Notes: generated from the letters alone by a model not told the origin. DNA of 64,000 nucleotides from a virus (IMGVR_UViG_3300030330_004093:39014-103013); one strand, 5' to 3'. Positions 39,248 to 50,727 are shown, counted from the first letter of the stretch. Program-made: numbers and translations.

Positions 39248-40840
39248 ATGTTAAGTAAAAGACTTAAATTTAAAGAATTAACTGAAGAACAAAAGTTAAA
39301 ATTAAAGGAGATATACCTAAGTAAGGAAATTTCTTGGAATGAAAAAGAACAAGAACTAAGTAGGTATACTGGGGTTGACCCAAGAACTGCCAGGGGGTGG
39401 TGTGAGAAATTAGGGTACACTAAACCAAGTGAGCCAAAATCACCCCAGTATGAAGAAGCTAAAAAGAAAAAAATAGATAAGCGTAAAAAATACCTAATGG
39501 CTACTTGGGCACAAAACGATACAGCGGTACATGAGCGATTATTTTCAAACATGGAGAAATATGCTGAATATCATAACGCAGACATTCACGTAATAGCTGG
39601 AAGATATAAAAACCCAACATCAATATTTGCTGATAGTGAAAATGATACTTGGCATTCTAGAGTAATACCTTACTTAGACGCTAATAGACATAAGCCACAC
39701 AAGAACTTAGAGCTATTATCAGACATAAAAGTACAACCTACATCTGTTAACCCATTAACTGGTATGGAAGGTATAACTGGTAACGCTAGTTGTATTATAG
39801 GTCACCCAAGACACCATATGAGACCAGTACCAGTATTGGATGTAACTAAACCTAAAATAATGATTACAACTGGTGCTTGTACGGTTGAAAACTACACGGA
39901 TTCTAAAGCTGGTAAAAAAGCTGAGTTCCACCATATATTAGGGTTTGTCATGATTGAAATAGAAGATGATAAAATATTCCACATGAGACAGGTTAGTGCT
40001 GATGAAAAAGGTGATTTTATTGATTTATATTATAAAGTTAAAAATGGTAAGGTTACTAGAAATAAAGAATGTGACGCTTTAGTTATGGGTGACATTCACG
40101 TTGGTCATCATGATGAAAGAATAATAGATAAAACGTTTGATTTATTCAATATAGTGAAACCAAAGAATGTATTATTACATGATGTTTTGGACTTCAGAAG
40201 TCAATCACACCATACCAAAAATAATATATTTGACCAATATAAAAACTATGAAGATGATAAGGATGATGTTCAAAAAGAAATTAATGATGTACTTGCATTT
40301 TTAGATAGGTTTAAAAAATACAAAACATATATAGTAAGGGGTAATCATGACGAACATTTGGACAGGTGGTTAGTTGATGATGCTAACTTAAAGAGACAAA
40401 AAACACCGAAAAATCTATTAACATATGTTAAGTATGCCCAATTAATACTTGAAGGTAAGGCTAAAGATGGTATATTACCATATATAATAAATAATCATGG
40501 TTTCAAAAAAATAAAAGCTTTGGCTGTTAACGAATTATTGGAAATAAATGGTATAATATATTCAGAACATGGACACTCTGGACCCAATGGTAGTAGAGGT
40601 GGTATAGTAGGGTTTAGAAAGTTAAATAAAAAAATAGTTACAGGTCACTCACATCAGCCAATGGCTTTAGATGGTGCGTTTAGTTCTGGTACCTCAACAC
40701 ACCTTAGACTACCTTATAGTATAAAGGGCGCATCATCATGGGTTAATTCACATGTTATGACACACACTAATGGTAAAAGGCAACATATAAATTTCATGCA
40801 TAAGGGTGACGGGACTGTAAGTTACACAACATTTAAATAA
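39248..40840 (+). CDS. calcineurin-like metallophosphoesterase with N-terminal HTH-like region
   Basis: GDIH, HDVLD, RGNHDE, HGH, GHSH. Confidence 0.85.
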   Translation: MLSKRLKFKELTEEQKLKLKEIYLSKEISWNEKEQELSRYTGVDPRTARGWCEKLGYTKPSEPKSPQYEEAKKKKIDKRKKYLMATWAQNDTAVHERLFSNMEKYAEYHNADIHVIAGRYKNPTSIFADSENDTWHSRVIPYLDANRHKPHKNLELLSDIKVQPTSVNPLTGMEGITGNASCIIGHPRHHMRPVPVLDVTKPKIMITTGACTVENYTDSKAGKKAEFHHILGFVMIEIEDDKIFHMRQVSADEKGDFIDLYYKVKNGKVTRNKECDALVMGDIHVGHHDERIIDKTFDLFNIVKPKNVLLHDVLDFRSQSHHTKNNIFDQYKNYEDDKDDVQKEINDVLAFLDRFKKYKTYIVRGNHDEHLDRWLVDDANLKRQKTPKNLLTYVKYAQLILEGKAKDGILPYIINNHGFKKIKALAVNELLEINGIIYSEHGHSGPNGSRGGIVGFRKLNKKIVTGHSHQPMALDGAFSSGTSTHLRLPYSIKGASSWVNSHVMTHTNGKRQHINFMHKGDGTVSYTTFK

Positions 40841-42133
40841 TGATAATAGGAGATAAAGATAGTGAACACTATAGAAAAATAACTCATGAAAAATGGAAGG
40901 TTGCTGCGCCAGAGATAAGTGTTGAACAATCTTTACATTGTGAATCTATATTACTTGAATTTGTTAATGGTAAAAAAGATGAGTCTTCAGTCTTGGGTGA
41001 GATAAATGTCTACCTAGAGGTAAATGGTTTAATTAAACCCTTAAAATAATAACTATTAAAACTTGTATTAGTTAAAACCGTATGTTAGATAAGGAGTTAT
41101 TAAATATAATAAAAGAAAAACGTTTTGGGAATGTTTGGGTTTTACTACAATATTTGATTGATATAGGATTAGATGAAGATGTTTGTTTAGAAGTAATATC
41201 TAATTTTTTCACTGAGGGGGATTACTTTAAAGACGTTGCATACGCTAGGAAGGTAATGGCTATTGAAACAAATATAACCAACCCATTATTGGGTCAAAGC
41301 TTAATCGAAGACACCAAGTGGATTTTATATATTGGACTACTTGATAAATCCGAATATAAACTTAAAAGGGTTTTTGATATATACAAAAGGGGTTTGAATG
41401 AAAAAAATATCACCCCACATATAGCCAGAAGAATTGAAGGGTTATGTAAGAGTGAAAATATGTATGAATTTAAAAATTTAACCACAAAGACTATTGACTA
41501 TTTAAAAAATATTGCTATTAAACATTATGGATATAACTTAATTTAAAACTTAGAGCATGAGATTACCAATAAACAAAATTGTGGACGTAGATGAGTATAA
41601 AATAGTAATTGAATATGACGGAAAGGGTGGTCTAGACGTTGTAATTATTGATGAATTGGGTGAAGAAATAGAAGGTATATTCATATCTGATTGCCCAGAC
41701 TGTGATGGAAATGAAAACACAGACGATGATATTGGTATTAATTTAAATTAATATAAGCATGTTAAATATTGATGTTGAGGACTTAGACGAAATGAATGAG
41801 TTTATAAAAAATCAAAAAGATTTGTTTTTTGAGAACTTAATAATTTCAGTTAAAACTGCATGGGAAAGTGGTGATAAAAACATAACTGTTGCAAGCTTTT
41901 ATATAAAGAAAAGTGACACCACGGTTAACATATCAATAGACAGTGACAATTGGGACGAAACACTATACTTAGCTTTATATCATTTTGAAAAATCTGAAAA
42001 CTACGAATATTGCTCTGAAATACAGCAACTTATTGATTCAATACACAATGAAAAAAAAGATAAATAATTTTTTTTCATAAAAAAATACATATTTATTTGG
42101 TTTTTATTATAATTTAATCTATCTTAGCAAATA

Positions 42134-42580
42134 ATGGTTATTATTAGGAATAAAAAAGCGTACTATGAATACAACATACTTGAAGAGTATGTTTCTGGTA
42201 TCGTACTACTTTCTTCCGAAATAAAGCCATTGATAAACAATAAAGTATCACTAAATGAATCTTATTGTTTTTTGGATAATGGGGAAATATTCATAAAGGG
42301 TATGTACATATCTGAAAATCAATTGGTGGGTAAATATGATAGTCATAAAACAACTAGAGTTAGAAAACTACTATTAAAAAAGGGTGAAATAAAAACAATA
42401 GATAAGAAAATAAGTCAAAAGGGTATGACGTTAATACCATTAGATATACACACTAACCCTACTGGACTCATAAAAGTTAAGATAGCATTAGCTAAGGGTA
42501 AAAAACTGTATGATAAGAAAAACACAATAAAGGAAAGGGATATAAAAAGAGATTTAAGTAGAGAATTAAATAGTAAATAA
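42134..42580 (+). CDS. smpB: SsrA-binding protein SmpB
   Basis: RNKKAYYEYNILE, GIVL, RKLLLKKGEI, GMTLIPL, AKGKKLYDKK. Confidence 0.93.
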   Translation: MVIIRNKKAYYEYNILEEYVSGIVLLSSEIKPLINNKVSLNESYCFLDNGEIFIKGMYISENQLVGKYDSHKTTRVRKLLLKKGEIKTIDKKISQKGMTLIPLDIHTNPTGLIKVKIALAKGKKLYDKKNTIKERDIKRDLSRELNSK

Positions 42581-42591
42581 CAAATAATTTT

Positions 42592-43467
42592 ATGAAAAGA
42601 CAAATTGTAATAACTAAAAGCTTCACAAATTTATCAGCACAATCATTTAGACAATATCTTAATGATATCTCTCAAATTGAAAAATTTAAAACACCTCAAG
42701 ATGAAGCTGATTGTGCAGAGAGGGCAGTGAAGGGTGATGAAAAAGCTAGACATGAATTAGTAATTAGAAACTTAAGGTTTGTTGTCAGTGTTGCCAAGAA
42801 ATATGAGGGAGAAAACTCTCCGTTACCAGATTTAGTAAATCAAGGCAATATTGGACTAATTCAAGCATCAAATAGGTTTGACCCAAGTAAGGGGTATAAA
42901 TTTATATCATATGCGGTTTGGTGGATTAGAAGAGAGATAATGGATTATTACTACAACTCTTCTAAAGCTATAAGAATACCAGTCAATAAGATTGGTGCTA
43001 TGAGTAGGTTTAATGAAGCAACTAGTAAATTAATGCAAGAAAAGGGTGCGGAATTAACTGCTAACGATATGTATGATAAACTAGAGGGATTTACTAATAG
43101 AGAAATTGATAGCTTAATAGAAGTTGATAATCTAAATGTATTATCTTACGATAAAAAAGTTATAAACGGTGATGGGGATTCTACGTCAATGATAGACTTA
43201 ATGTCATCAGATACTGAATCAACAGACTATATGACTATAAATAGAGACAAGGAAATATTAACCGAATCATTATTGTCCGAATTAACACCAAACCAGCGTG
43301 AGGTAATAAAGAAGTATTTTGGGATTGGTAATAATGGTGTTACTATGACTTTAAGTGAAATTTCAAATGAAATTGGCATCAGTAGGGAAAGGGTTAGGAT
43401 GTTAAAAATAAAAGCATTGAAAAAACTAAAATCAAACCCTAATATTTTAGAGTTAAATAGTTTTTAA
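42592..43467 (+). CDS. RNA polymerase sigma70 factor, Bacteroidota RpoD-like (no region 1.1)
   Basis: MKRQIVITKSFTN, NLRFVVSVAKKY, DLVNQGNIGL, FDPSKGYKFISYAVWWIR, ISRERVR. Confidence 0.92.
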   Translation: MKRQIVITKSFTNLSAQSFRQYLNDISQIEKFKTPQDEADCAERAVKGDEKARHELVIRNLRFVVSVAKKYEGENSPLPDLVNQGNIGLIQASNRFDPSKGYKFISYAVWWIRREIMDYYYNSSKAIRIPVNKIGAMSRFNEATSKLMQEKGAELTANDMYDKLEGFTNREIDSLIEVDNLNVLSYDKKVINGDGDSTSMIDLMSSDTESTDYMTINRDKEILTESLLSELTPNQREVIKKYFGIGNNGVTMTLSEISNEIGISRERVRMLKIKALKKLKSNPNILELNSF

Positions 43468-43514
43468 ATTTAATACTTTTTTATCTTTTTTAATATATTT
43501 ATAATAAAATGGTT

Positions 43515-43859
43515 ATGAAAGAATTTATAAAACATTTAGTTAGAGAATCTTTAGGTGGTTTAATATCTGAAAAAGATAAATCCCCAGAAAAGGATGAAGA
43601 TGAAAAAGATGAAAAACCTAAAAGTGGGGAAGATTCAAAACCACTAGACAAAAAGGACCAAGCCGAAATACAAAATGTATTTGATAAACCATTAGCTCCA
43701 AGTATGGCTGACGCCTGGAGAGCAGCTGGTTTAGGTGACGCAAACAATGATGCGGGTATAAGGTCTATGGCTAGAAAAAAGATTAAACAAGAGGATGGTC
43801 AAGGTTTAACTGATGTTGAAAAAGATGCTTTAACAAAGACTCTAAAAGATAAAATGTAG
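43515..43859 (+). CDS. hypothetical protein with LVRE tag
   Basis: MKEFIKHLVRESL; TATTTAT upstream; terminator at 43882-43910. Confidence 0.65.
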   Translation: MKEFIKHLVRESLGGLISEKDKSPEKDEDEKDEKPKSGEDSKPLDKKDQAEIQNVFDKPLAPSMADAWRAAGLGDANNDAGIRSMARKKIKQEDGQGLTDVEKDALTKTLKDKM

Positions 43860-43978
43860 ATTACTAATATTAAATAATATAAAAACCATACGTTTGTATG
43901 GTTTTTTTTTGTTTAAAAATTTGGTTAATCAATAATAAATTTGTATATTCGGTATTATTAATAACAAATATATGAATT

Positions 43979-44827
43979 ATGATACCTATAGATAGTAATG
44001 TCAAAAACTTAATTACATTAAGTGGTAATGAAGAGTCAATCAAAAAAGCTATAACTGAATTATGGGGTACTAAGTTATACCACATTAATGGTGAATTCAG
44101 CTTTAAAGCATTTTCAAAATTCCCCCAAGAGTTAAAAGACAAATACCCAACTCAAAAGGTGGTTAGTGATGAAGAATACCCAAATGCGATAATGGAGTAT
44201 GAAATAAAGAAACTAGTTGATGAAGTGCCTGAATTCGACATAATGCCTATATCAAAGAAAACACAATTAGAATTAATAAACAAATACGGTTACGATAATG
44301 GTGACGATTGGTGTATTTCTAACTGGGGAACTAAATGGGCACCATACGAATCTCAATTTATTTCTAAGAATGAATTTTATTTTTTCACTGTAAACGACAC
44401 GCCAAAAAAAGCCATGGTTAAAATGTCAAAGAAATATTCAGATATAACATTTAATATAAAATACGCTGACGAATCAATAGGATACAACGTTGGGACATAC
44501 ACGCTATTAAACGGTGAAATATTGAACGAGTACAACCCAAAAACGTTCACAAAGGAATCTTTTATGTTAGCTTGTGAGTTATTCGATGATGATTATTATA
44601 CATCAACATTTATATATGAACTAAGTGATTCTGAAATAGATGAAGTTGAAGATGGAAGTAATGACTTTGTAAGGGTAATACTTGATGTTGTACTGGAACT
44701 TGAACTAGTAGACTCGGAATATGGATTAAGGGTTAATCAATACCTTATAAATGAAGCTGTTAAAACCGAACAATACGAATACGCTCAGAAATTAAAAAAC
44801 AATATTGATTTATTAATTGAAAAATAA
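43979..44827 (+). CDS. YubB/DUF1281 ferredoxin-like domain protein with C-terminal UVR motif
   Basis: WCISNWGTKW, YADESIGYNVG, AVKTEQYEYA. Confidence 0.65.
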   Translation: MIPIDSNVKNLITLSGNEESIKKAITELWGTKLYHINGEFSFKAFSKFPQELKDKYPTQKVVSDEEYPNAIMEYEIKKLVDEVPEFDIMPISKKTQLELINKYGYDNGDDWCISNWGTKWAPYESQFISKNEFYFFTVNDTPKKAMVKMSKKYSDITFNIKYADESIGYNVGTYTLLNGEILNEYNPKTFTKESFMLACELFDDDYYTSTFIYELSDSEIDEVEDGSNDFVRVILDVVLELELVDSEYGLRVNQYLINEAVKTEQYEYAQKLKNNIDLLIEK

Positions 44828-45674
44828 TTTTAAATTTTTTAGATAAAAATTTGTATTATCCAAATAAGTTTCTTATATTTACTTTGTAACATTAAAAAAA
44901 CGATTATTATGGCTATTAAAATTTGGGAAAACGGTAGGTTAAGTAAAGAAGTTAAGGGTATTATTGATAATGGTTATACGGTTAAAGCTGGTAACATTAG
45001 TGGCAACTCTATTGAAGAGGTAGAAACACTTACATCGTATGTTTATTATGGCAATAAGGAAGCCAGGGATAAAGACTTAAAAGAAATTCAAGAATTAATT
45101 AAATATAATAAGAATGATTAAATTAAAAACTCCTGAAGTAGCTTATTTGTTTAAGTTAGTCAATAAGGACCTAAAAGAGCATGGTATAGAAATGCGGATA
45201 GGTCAAGCAATTATGAATAATCTTAGGGCTATTCATTATGATTCATATGCGTATTTAACCGAAACAAATGTGGACCCATTTTACAATGAAAATAATGTAC
45301 TTGATTCCATCAATGAGGTTTCTGAATTGAATATTAGTGAGGTGTATGAATTATTAAGTAATTCAATAAGTGAAGAATTTAAATATAAATTAAAAATAAT
45401 TGGGGAATGCGTAAAGTAATCAAATTCGATAAAATACTTTATCTTATATTACTATCTTTAATATTAGTGGGATATACCACAATAGATGATGGAAAAAACG
45501 AAATTATGGATTATAAAAATTATGATGTATGTTTGTATAGAAATGATACATTATACATAATAAATAATGATATAGGTAATTTGGTAAATACGATATGGGA
45601 ATGTGATTCTGATTCCATCACAGAAAAACCTATAATAGTTTTGGTTGACAAATTACCGAAATAATAAATTTAAA

Positions 45675-46814
45675 ATGGAATTAACTATCATAAAATACAT
45701 AAAGGAAAACGGATTGCATAAATCAGTCTCAGACTTCAAATTGAAGGTACGAGAGTATGATTCAAAAATACTTTTGAAGTACGACCAAATAGAGTCTTCT
45801 ATGGGGTTATTTGAAGTACAAGATTGTAGAGGACTTATACTTGAAAAAGACACCTGGAACATCATGTGTTTATCTTTCAGAAAGTTCTTCAACAACTCTG
45901 AAGGTCACGCAGCTAGAATAGACTGGAATACCGCTCACGTACTTGAAAAGTTAGATGGTACGATGATACAAGTATATTGGGACTGGAACAAGGAAGAGTG
46001 GTTCGCCGCTACTACTGGTACAGCTGAGGGTGAAGGTCAAGTAAATAACAAATACGGGACTACCTTCAATGAGTTATTCTGGAACACTATGGATAATAAG
46101 TATGGTTTAAGTAAGGAACATTTAACATCTAGAAGTGGTTTCGTTAAGGGATACGTATATGTATTCGAATTGACTACACCATACAACATAGTAGTCAAAC
46201 CACATGCGGAATCTTCAGCTACATTATTAGCTATTAGAAATTTAACAGGGTTAGTTGAATTAGATTATGGTTCAATGAAATCAATAGCTAAGTCTATGGG
46301 ATTTCCAGTCGTTAAAAGATATGACCTTAACGCTAAGAACGCTGGTACCATTATAAAAACATTTGAGAATATGGTATGGTATGACGAAGGTTATGTTGTA
46401 GTGGATGGTAACTTCAATAGGGTTAAGTTGAAAAACCCAGCCTATGTTGCGGTTCACCACTTGAAGTCCAAGACCTCTGAACATGCAATAATGGATGTTG
46501 TTAAGACAAATGAAATTGAAGAATTCGCATCTACTTTCCCAGAAAGAAGAGAAGAGATTTTCAATCTTCATAAAAATTACAATGGATTAATCGATAAGTT
46601 AAACAACTTATGGATAACACTTGAAACATTGAAACCAAAAAATATAACCGCTGGTGAAAAAAAGAGGTACGCAATGGAAGTGTTCAAGACATGCGAGGAA
46701 AATAACATAAAGAACTTTACTGGTCTTTACTTTAGTTTAGCAAATAATAAAGTTAATAGTGTTAATGATTTTATGTTTAATTACGACAACAAAAAGTTGT
46801 ACAATATATTATAG
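45675..46814 (+). CDS. T4 Rnl1-like RNA ligase
   Basis: CRGLIL, FRKFFN, EKLDGT (motif I), FELTTP, DEGYVV, VKLKNPAY. Confidence 0.88.
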   Translation: MELTIIKYIKENGLHKSVSDFKLKVREYDSKILLKYDQIESSMGLFEVQDCRGLILEKDTWNIMCLSFRKFFNNSEGHAARIDWNTAHVLEKLDGTMIQVYWDWNKEEWFAATTGTAEGEGQVNNKYGTTFNELFWNTMDNKYGLSKEHLTSRSGFVKGYVYVFELTTPYNIVVKPHAESSATLLAIRNLTGLVELDYGSMKSIAKSMGFPVVKRYDLNAKNAGTIIKTFENMVWYDEGYVVVDGNFNRVKLKNPAYVAVHHLKSKTSEHAIMDVVKTNEIEEFASTFPERREEIFNLHKNYNGLIDKLNNLWITLETLKPKNITAGEKKRYAMEVFKTCEENNIKNFTGLYFSLANNKVNSVNDFMFNYDNKKLYNIL

Positions 46815-47074
46815 GTGTTAATTTATTCTTAAATATAATTTGGAGAATTTAAAATTAATACCTATATTTGTTTTAATTAATTTAAATAATAAAGATTATG
46901 AGTGTAATAGGAATGAGCAGTGGGGCTAATAGAAAAACCTCAACAACTAATCGACAAGTTATAATTGAAAGGTTAAAAAAAGCCAGGAGAGATTATAAAA
47001 TAGAAGAAAATAAAAAGAGAGAGAAAATATTAAATGAAGTTTTTGAATTAATTGATAAATTATAATAAAGGTAT

Positions 47075-47491
47075 ATGGTATTTACTGAAAATCAAATGAA
47101 GAAAGCATTCCTATTGTTTAGGGAAGGTCATGATTACAAATATGTTACCACATATTTTAAAAATAAAAAAAATAAAGCTAGTGAATCTAAAAAGATAGAC
47201 CTAATAATTAAAGCTGTAACAACATATCTAGACATTACTGAAGATGTTTTTAAGTCAAAATACAGAGGTAGAGAAGTAGTTGATGCTAGGGCAATTTATT
47301 ATTACCTATCTAAAACTTTAACTAATAAATCATATTATTACATTGGTAAAAGGGTAAACAGAGACCACGCTTCGGCAATACACGGATTTAATCAGTTAGT
47401 TGACTTAGTTGATATTGGAGACAAGAAACTAAAAAAACAACTAAGTGAGGTAAAAAAATTATATAACTCTTACACAAGGAAGATAAAATGA
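47075..47491 (+). CDS. DnaA C-terminal (domain IV)-like HTH protein
   Basis: KSKYRGREVVDARAIYYYL...IGKRVNRDHASAIHG. Confidence 0.8.
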   Translation: MVFTENQMKKAFLLFREGHDYKYVTTYFKNKKNKASESKKIDLIIKAVTTYLDITEDVFKSKYRGREVVDARAIYYYLSKTLTNKSYYYIGKRVNRDHASAIHGFNQLVDLVDIGDKKLKKQLSEVKKLYNSYTRKIK

Positions 47492-47743
47492 GTAATAGAA
47501 GTATAACTAAACTAGAGTTATTTATATTAGGACTCATAATGGGTGCGCTAACAATGTTAATAATTATCACTTAAATTTTGTAGTTATGATAAAAAACATT
47601 AAATTTACACTAGAAGAACTTAGAAAACTTGATAAGGCACTACACTTTGCAATACAAAATGTTGACACTGACAGTGAAGCTTATCAGATATTAAAGATTA
47701 AAAACAAATTAATAAGAATTAAAAACAATTAAAAATTAAAGTT

Positions 47744-48601
47744 ATGAGTGAGACTAACAAAGATTACGATGTATTTATTAGAATTAATGAATTAGGTTTA
47801 ACTATTGATGTACCTAAAAAATGTTTTAATATTTCAGATGTTTCAGATGTTGAGGCGGTTAAATTTATTAAAGGATTTTACAGAAATAGACAGGAGTTTA
47901 TGGACAAGTTTATTAATAAAATAAAACATGTCTACAACTCAGATGGTTATCCATTCGAATTTGATGATAGCGAGTCTGACTTTAAAGCCTTTGACACCAT
48001 TCCACAATCACACATTGATGACTTTCAAAGTAGTAAACATGAATTTGTTTGTGATGATTTCTTAGACAAATTAGTTGAAATTTATGACAGTGTTGAGGAG
48101 TTTACTTATAGAGAAGCATTTAAATTAAAAAATGTTGACTTCCAAGCTAGAGTATTTGGTACAATAGATGTTTCAGATATGATTACTAACTTAGGTCACG
48201 AAAGAGTTGCCACTGATGGTAAATTAGTTAAACATAAAAAATATGATATTAATGGCAATTTCTTATGTCATGAAGAATATGATGTCATATATGAAACACA
48301 CAAGGTAAATGGTGAAAAACTTGGTATTCAAAATGAATCACTATATGCTCTAAAATGCTGGTGTACGTCAACAGATGAAGAACACTGGATTTGGATTGAG
48401 GAACAATACAAAGATGAACCTCTTGAAGCTGTAGCCTCTACATTTAGAATTCATGAAAACCTTATTGATAATATAAAAGAAATTAAAAGACAAGGTGATA
48501 TATTAATGGTTGAAATGATTGATGACAATATTAAACCAGAAGGCAAGATAGTCCCACTAAATGCTGATAAATATTTTAGTCTTTTAACCGCACAATCATA
48601 A
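47744..48601 (+). CDS. hypothetical protein
   Basis: 285 aa; KCWCTSTD, IKRQGDI. Confidence 0.65.
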   Translation: MSETNKDYDVFIRINELGLTIDVPKKCFNISDVSDVEAVKFIKGFYRNRQEFMDKFINKIKHVYNSDGYPFEFDDSESDFKAFDTIPQSHIDDFQSSKHEFVCDDFLDKLVEIYDSVEEFTYREAFKLKNVDFQARVFGTIDVSDMITNLGHERVATDGKLVKHKKYDINGNFLCHEEYDVIYETHKVNGEKLGIQNESLYALKCWCTSTDEEHWIWIEEQYKDEPLEAVASTFRIHENLIDNIKEIKRQGDILMVEMIDDNIKPEGKIVPLNADKYFSLLTAQS

Positions 48602-48629
48602 TTATGTGTTTTATCAAATTGGACCATAT

Positions 48630-50382
48630 ATGAATAAGTACAATAAAAAGGGTCAATCACATGGTTACTGTGAATTTAAACACCTTAACGGTAAGTTATG
48701 GGCTAAATATACCCTAAATAACGGAATATTACTTGGTTATCGAGAGGGGTACAATACAAATGGTAAAATAGGGTACAAACAGATTTGTATATGAATAAGT
48801 TGTATATGAATAAGAAAAATAAAAAAGCAATAACGCATGGTTACTGGGAACGTAAATACCATAACGGTGAGGTAGTGTGTAAATATACCTTCAATAACGG
48901 AATATTACTTGGTTATAAAACGCGGTATGATGCAAACAGTAATGGTGAAATATACTCTAAACAGATTAGTATATGAATAGGTGGAATAAATATTATCAGG
49001 AGCACGGTTACTATGAATGGAAATCATTAGGTAAGGTAGTGTGTAAATTTACCTACAATAACAGAACACCGCTTGGTTATGGAGAGATGTATCATGAAAA
49101 TGGTAAAATAGAGTACAAACAGATTAGGATATGAATAGGTGCAATAAAAAAAGTCGGCAGCACGGTTATTGGGAACATAAATACCCTAAAGATAAGTTAT
49201 GGTATAAAAAAACCTACAATAATGGAATATTACTTGGTTATCGAGAGGGGTACAATACAAATGGTAAAATAGGGTACAAACATATTAGGATATGAATAGG
49301 TTCAATAAAAAAAAGATGGTGGCGCATGGTTACTGGGAACGTAAATACCCTAAAGGTAAGTTATTGTATAAATATACTTACAATGACGGAACACCGCTTG
49401 GTTATGTAGAGTGGTACCATACAAATGGTAAAATAGACTGTAAAGAGATTAATATATGAATAAGTACAATAAAAAGGGTCAATCACATGGTTACTGTGAA
49501 TTTAAACACCTTAACGGTAAGTTATGGGCTAAATATACCTACAATAACGGAATATTACTTGGTTATTCAGAGTTATATGATGCAAACGGTAATGGTAAAA
49601 TACACTGTAAACAAATTAGTATATGAATAGGGTTAAAATTTTAAACACACATTATGATTAGTGAAAAAATAAAAAAACAAAGAAAAACATTAACCGTTTC
49701 AGTTTTAAATGAAAAACCAGATAAAAATTGGGAAGATTGGGATTTAGAATCCTTCTACCTTAGAGAGCATTTGGAGAATTTAATTGAGATATACGGAATT
49801 GATTTTATACGAGAAGAATTAAACGATTGTGAGTCATTTTCTAATTAACGCTGTAAAGTTATTTGTATATGAATAGGTTTAATAAAAAAGGAATAACGCA
49901 TGGTTACTGGGAAGTTAAACACTTTCTTACCCTTAACGGTAAGCCATGGCGTAAATTTACCTACAATAACAGAACACCACTTGGTTATGGAGAGATGTAT
50001 CATGAAAATGGTAAAATAGAGTGTAAAAGGATTAATATATGAATAGGTTTAATAAAAAAGATATAAGGCACGGTTACTGGGAATGGAGATACCTTAACGG
50101 TAAGGTAGGGTGTAAATTCACCCTCAATAACGGAATGTATTTTGGTTATCGAGAGTGGTATCTTGAAAATGGTGAAACACACCGTAAAGAGATTAGTATA
50201 TGAATAAGGAAAATAAAAAAGGTCAGAGACATGGTTACTGGGAACTTATATACAATAGTATTGAGTATATCGGTAAGGTAGGGTGTAAATGTACCCTCAA
50301 TAACGGAATGTATCTTGGTTATCGAGAGTGGTATGATATAAATGGTAATGGTAAAATAGGGTACAAAGAGATTAATATATAA
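48630..50382 (+). repeat. array of nine ~165-nt paralogous MORN-like minigenes coupled by ATGA overlaps, interrupted by ORF 49654..49848
   Basis: units 48630-48794, 48791-48976, 48973-49134, 49131-49295, 49292-49459, 49456-49626, 49869-50042, 50039-50203, 50200-50382; consensus MN(K/R)xNKK..HGYWE...GK...K.T.NNG..LGY.E.Y..NGKI..K.I.I. Confidence 0.9.
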
Positions 50383-50727
50383 GTAAAATGAATAGAGTAA
50401 TAATAATAGGAGAAAACGGAACCTTATCGAACAAAAGAGATGAAAATGTTGATATGGTAATTAAAGAATATTGTGAAGAGCATAATATTACAAGAGAAGA
50501 ATTTAATAAAAAAGGTTTGAGCATCTATCAAATAGAATTTGAAGGTAACGTCAAAGTTAAATCAATAGAAATAAAGTAGTATTATGTTAGAAGCTATTAA
50601 ACATGCATTTGGATTATGTGGGGAACCACACCCATCACTTTTGTTTATATTAGTTTGTGGGGTAACAACATTTGTTTGCTTTATTAAAGCGAAATTAAAG
50701 GGGAAATAAATATACAATTATTTAGCT

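Noticed and set aside
48630-50382. CRISPR array or DGR template/variable repeats
   Set aside because: Units are whole open ORFs with no constant repeat plus unique spacer. Differences are not visibly restricted to adenines of one template, and there is no reverse transcriptase or cas gene in the window.
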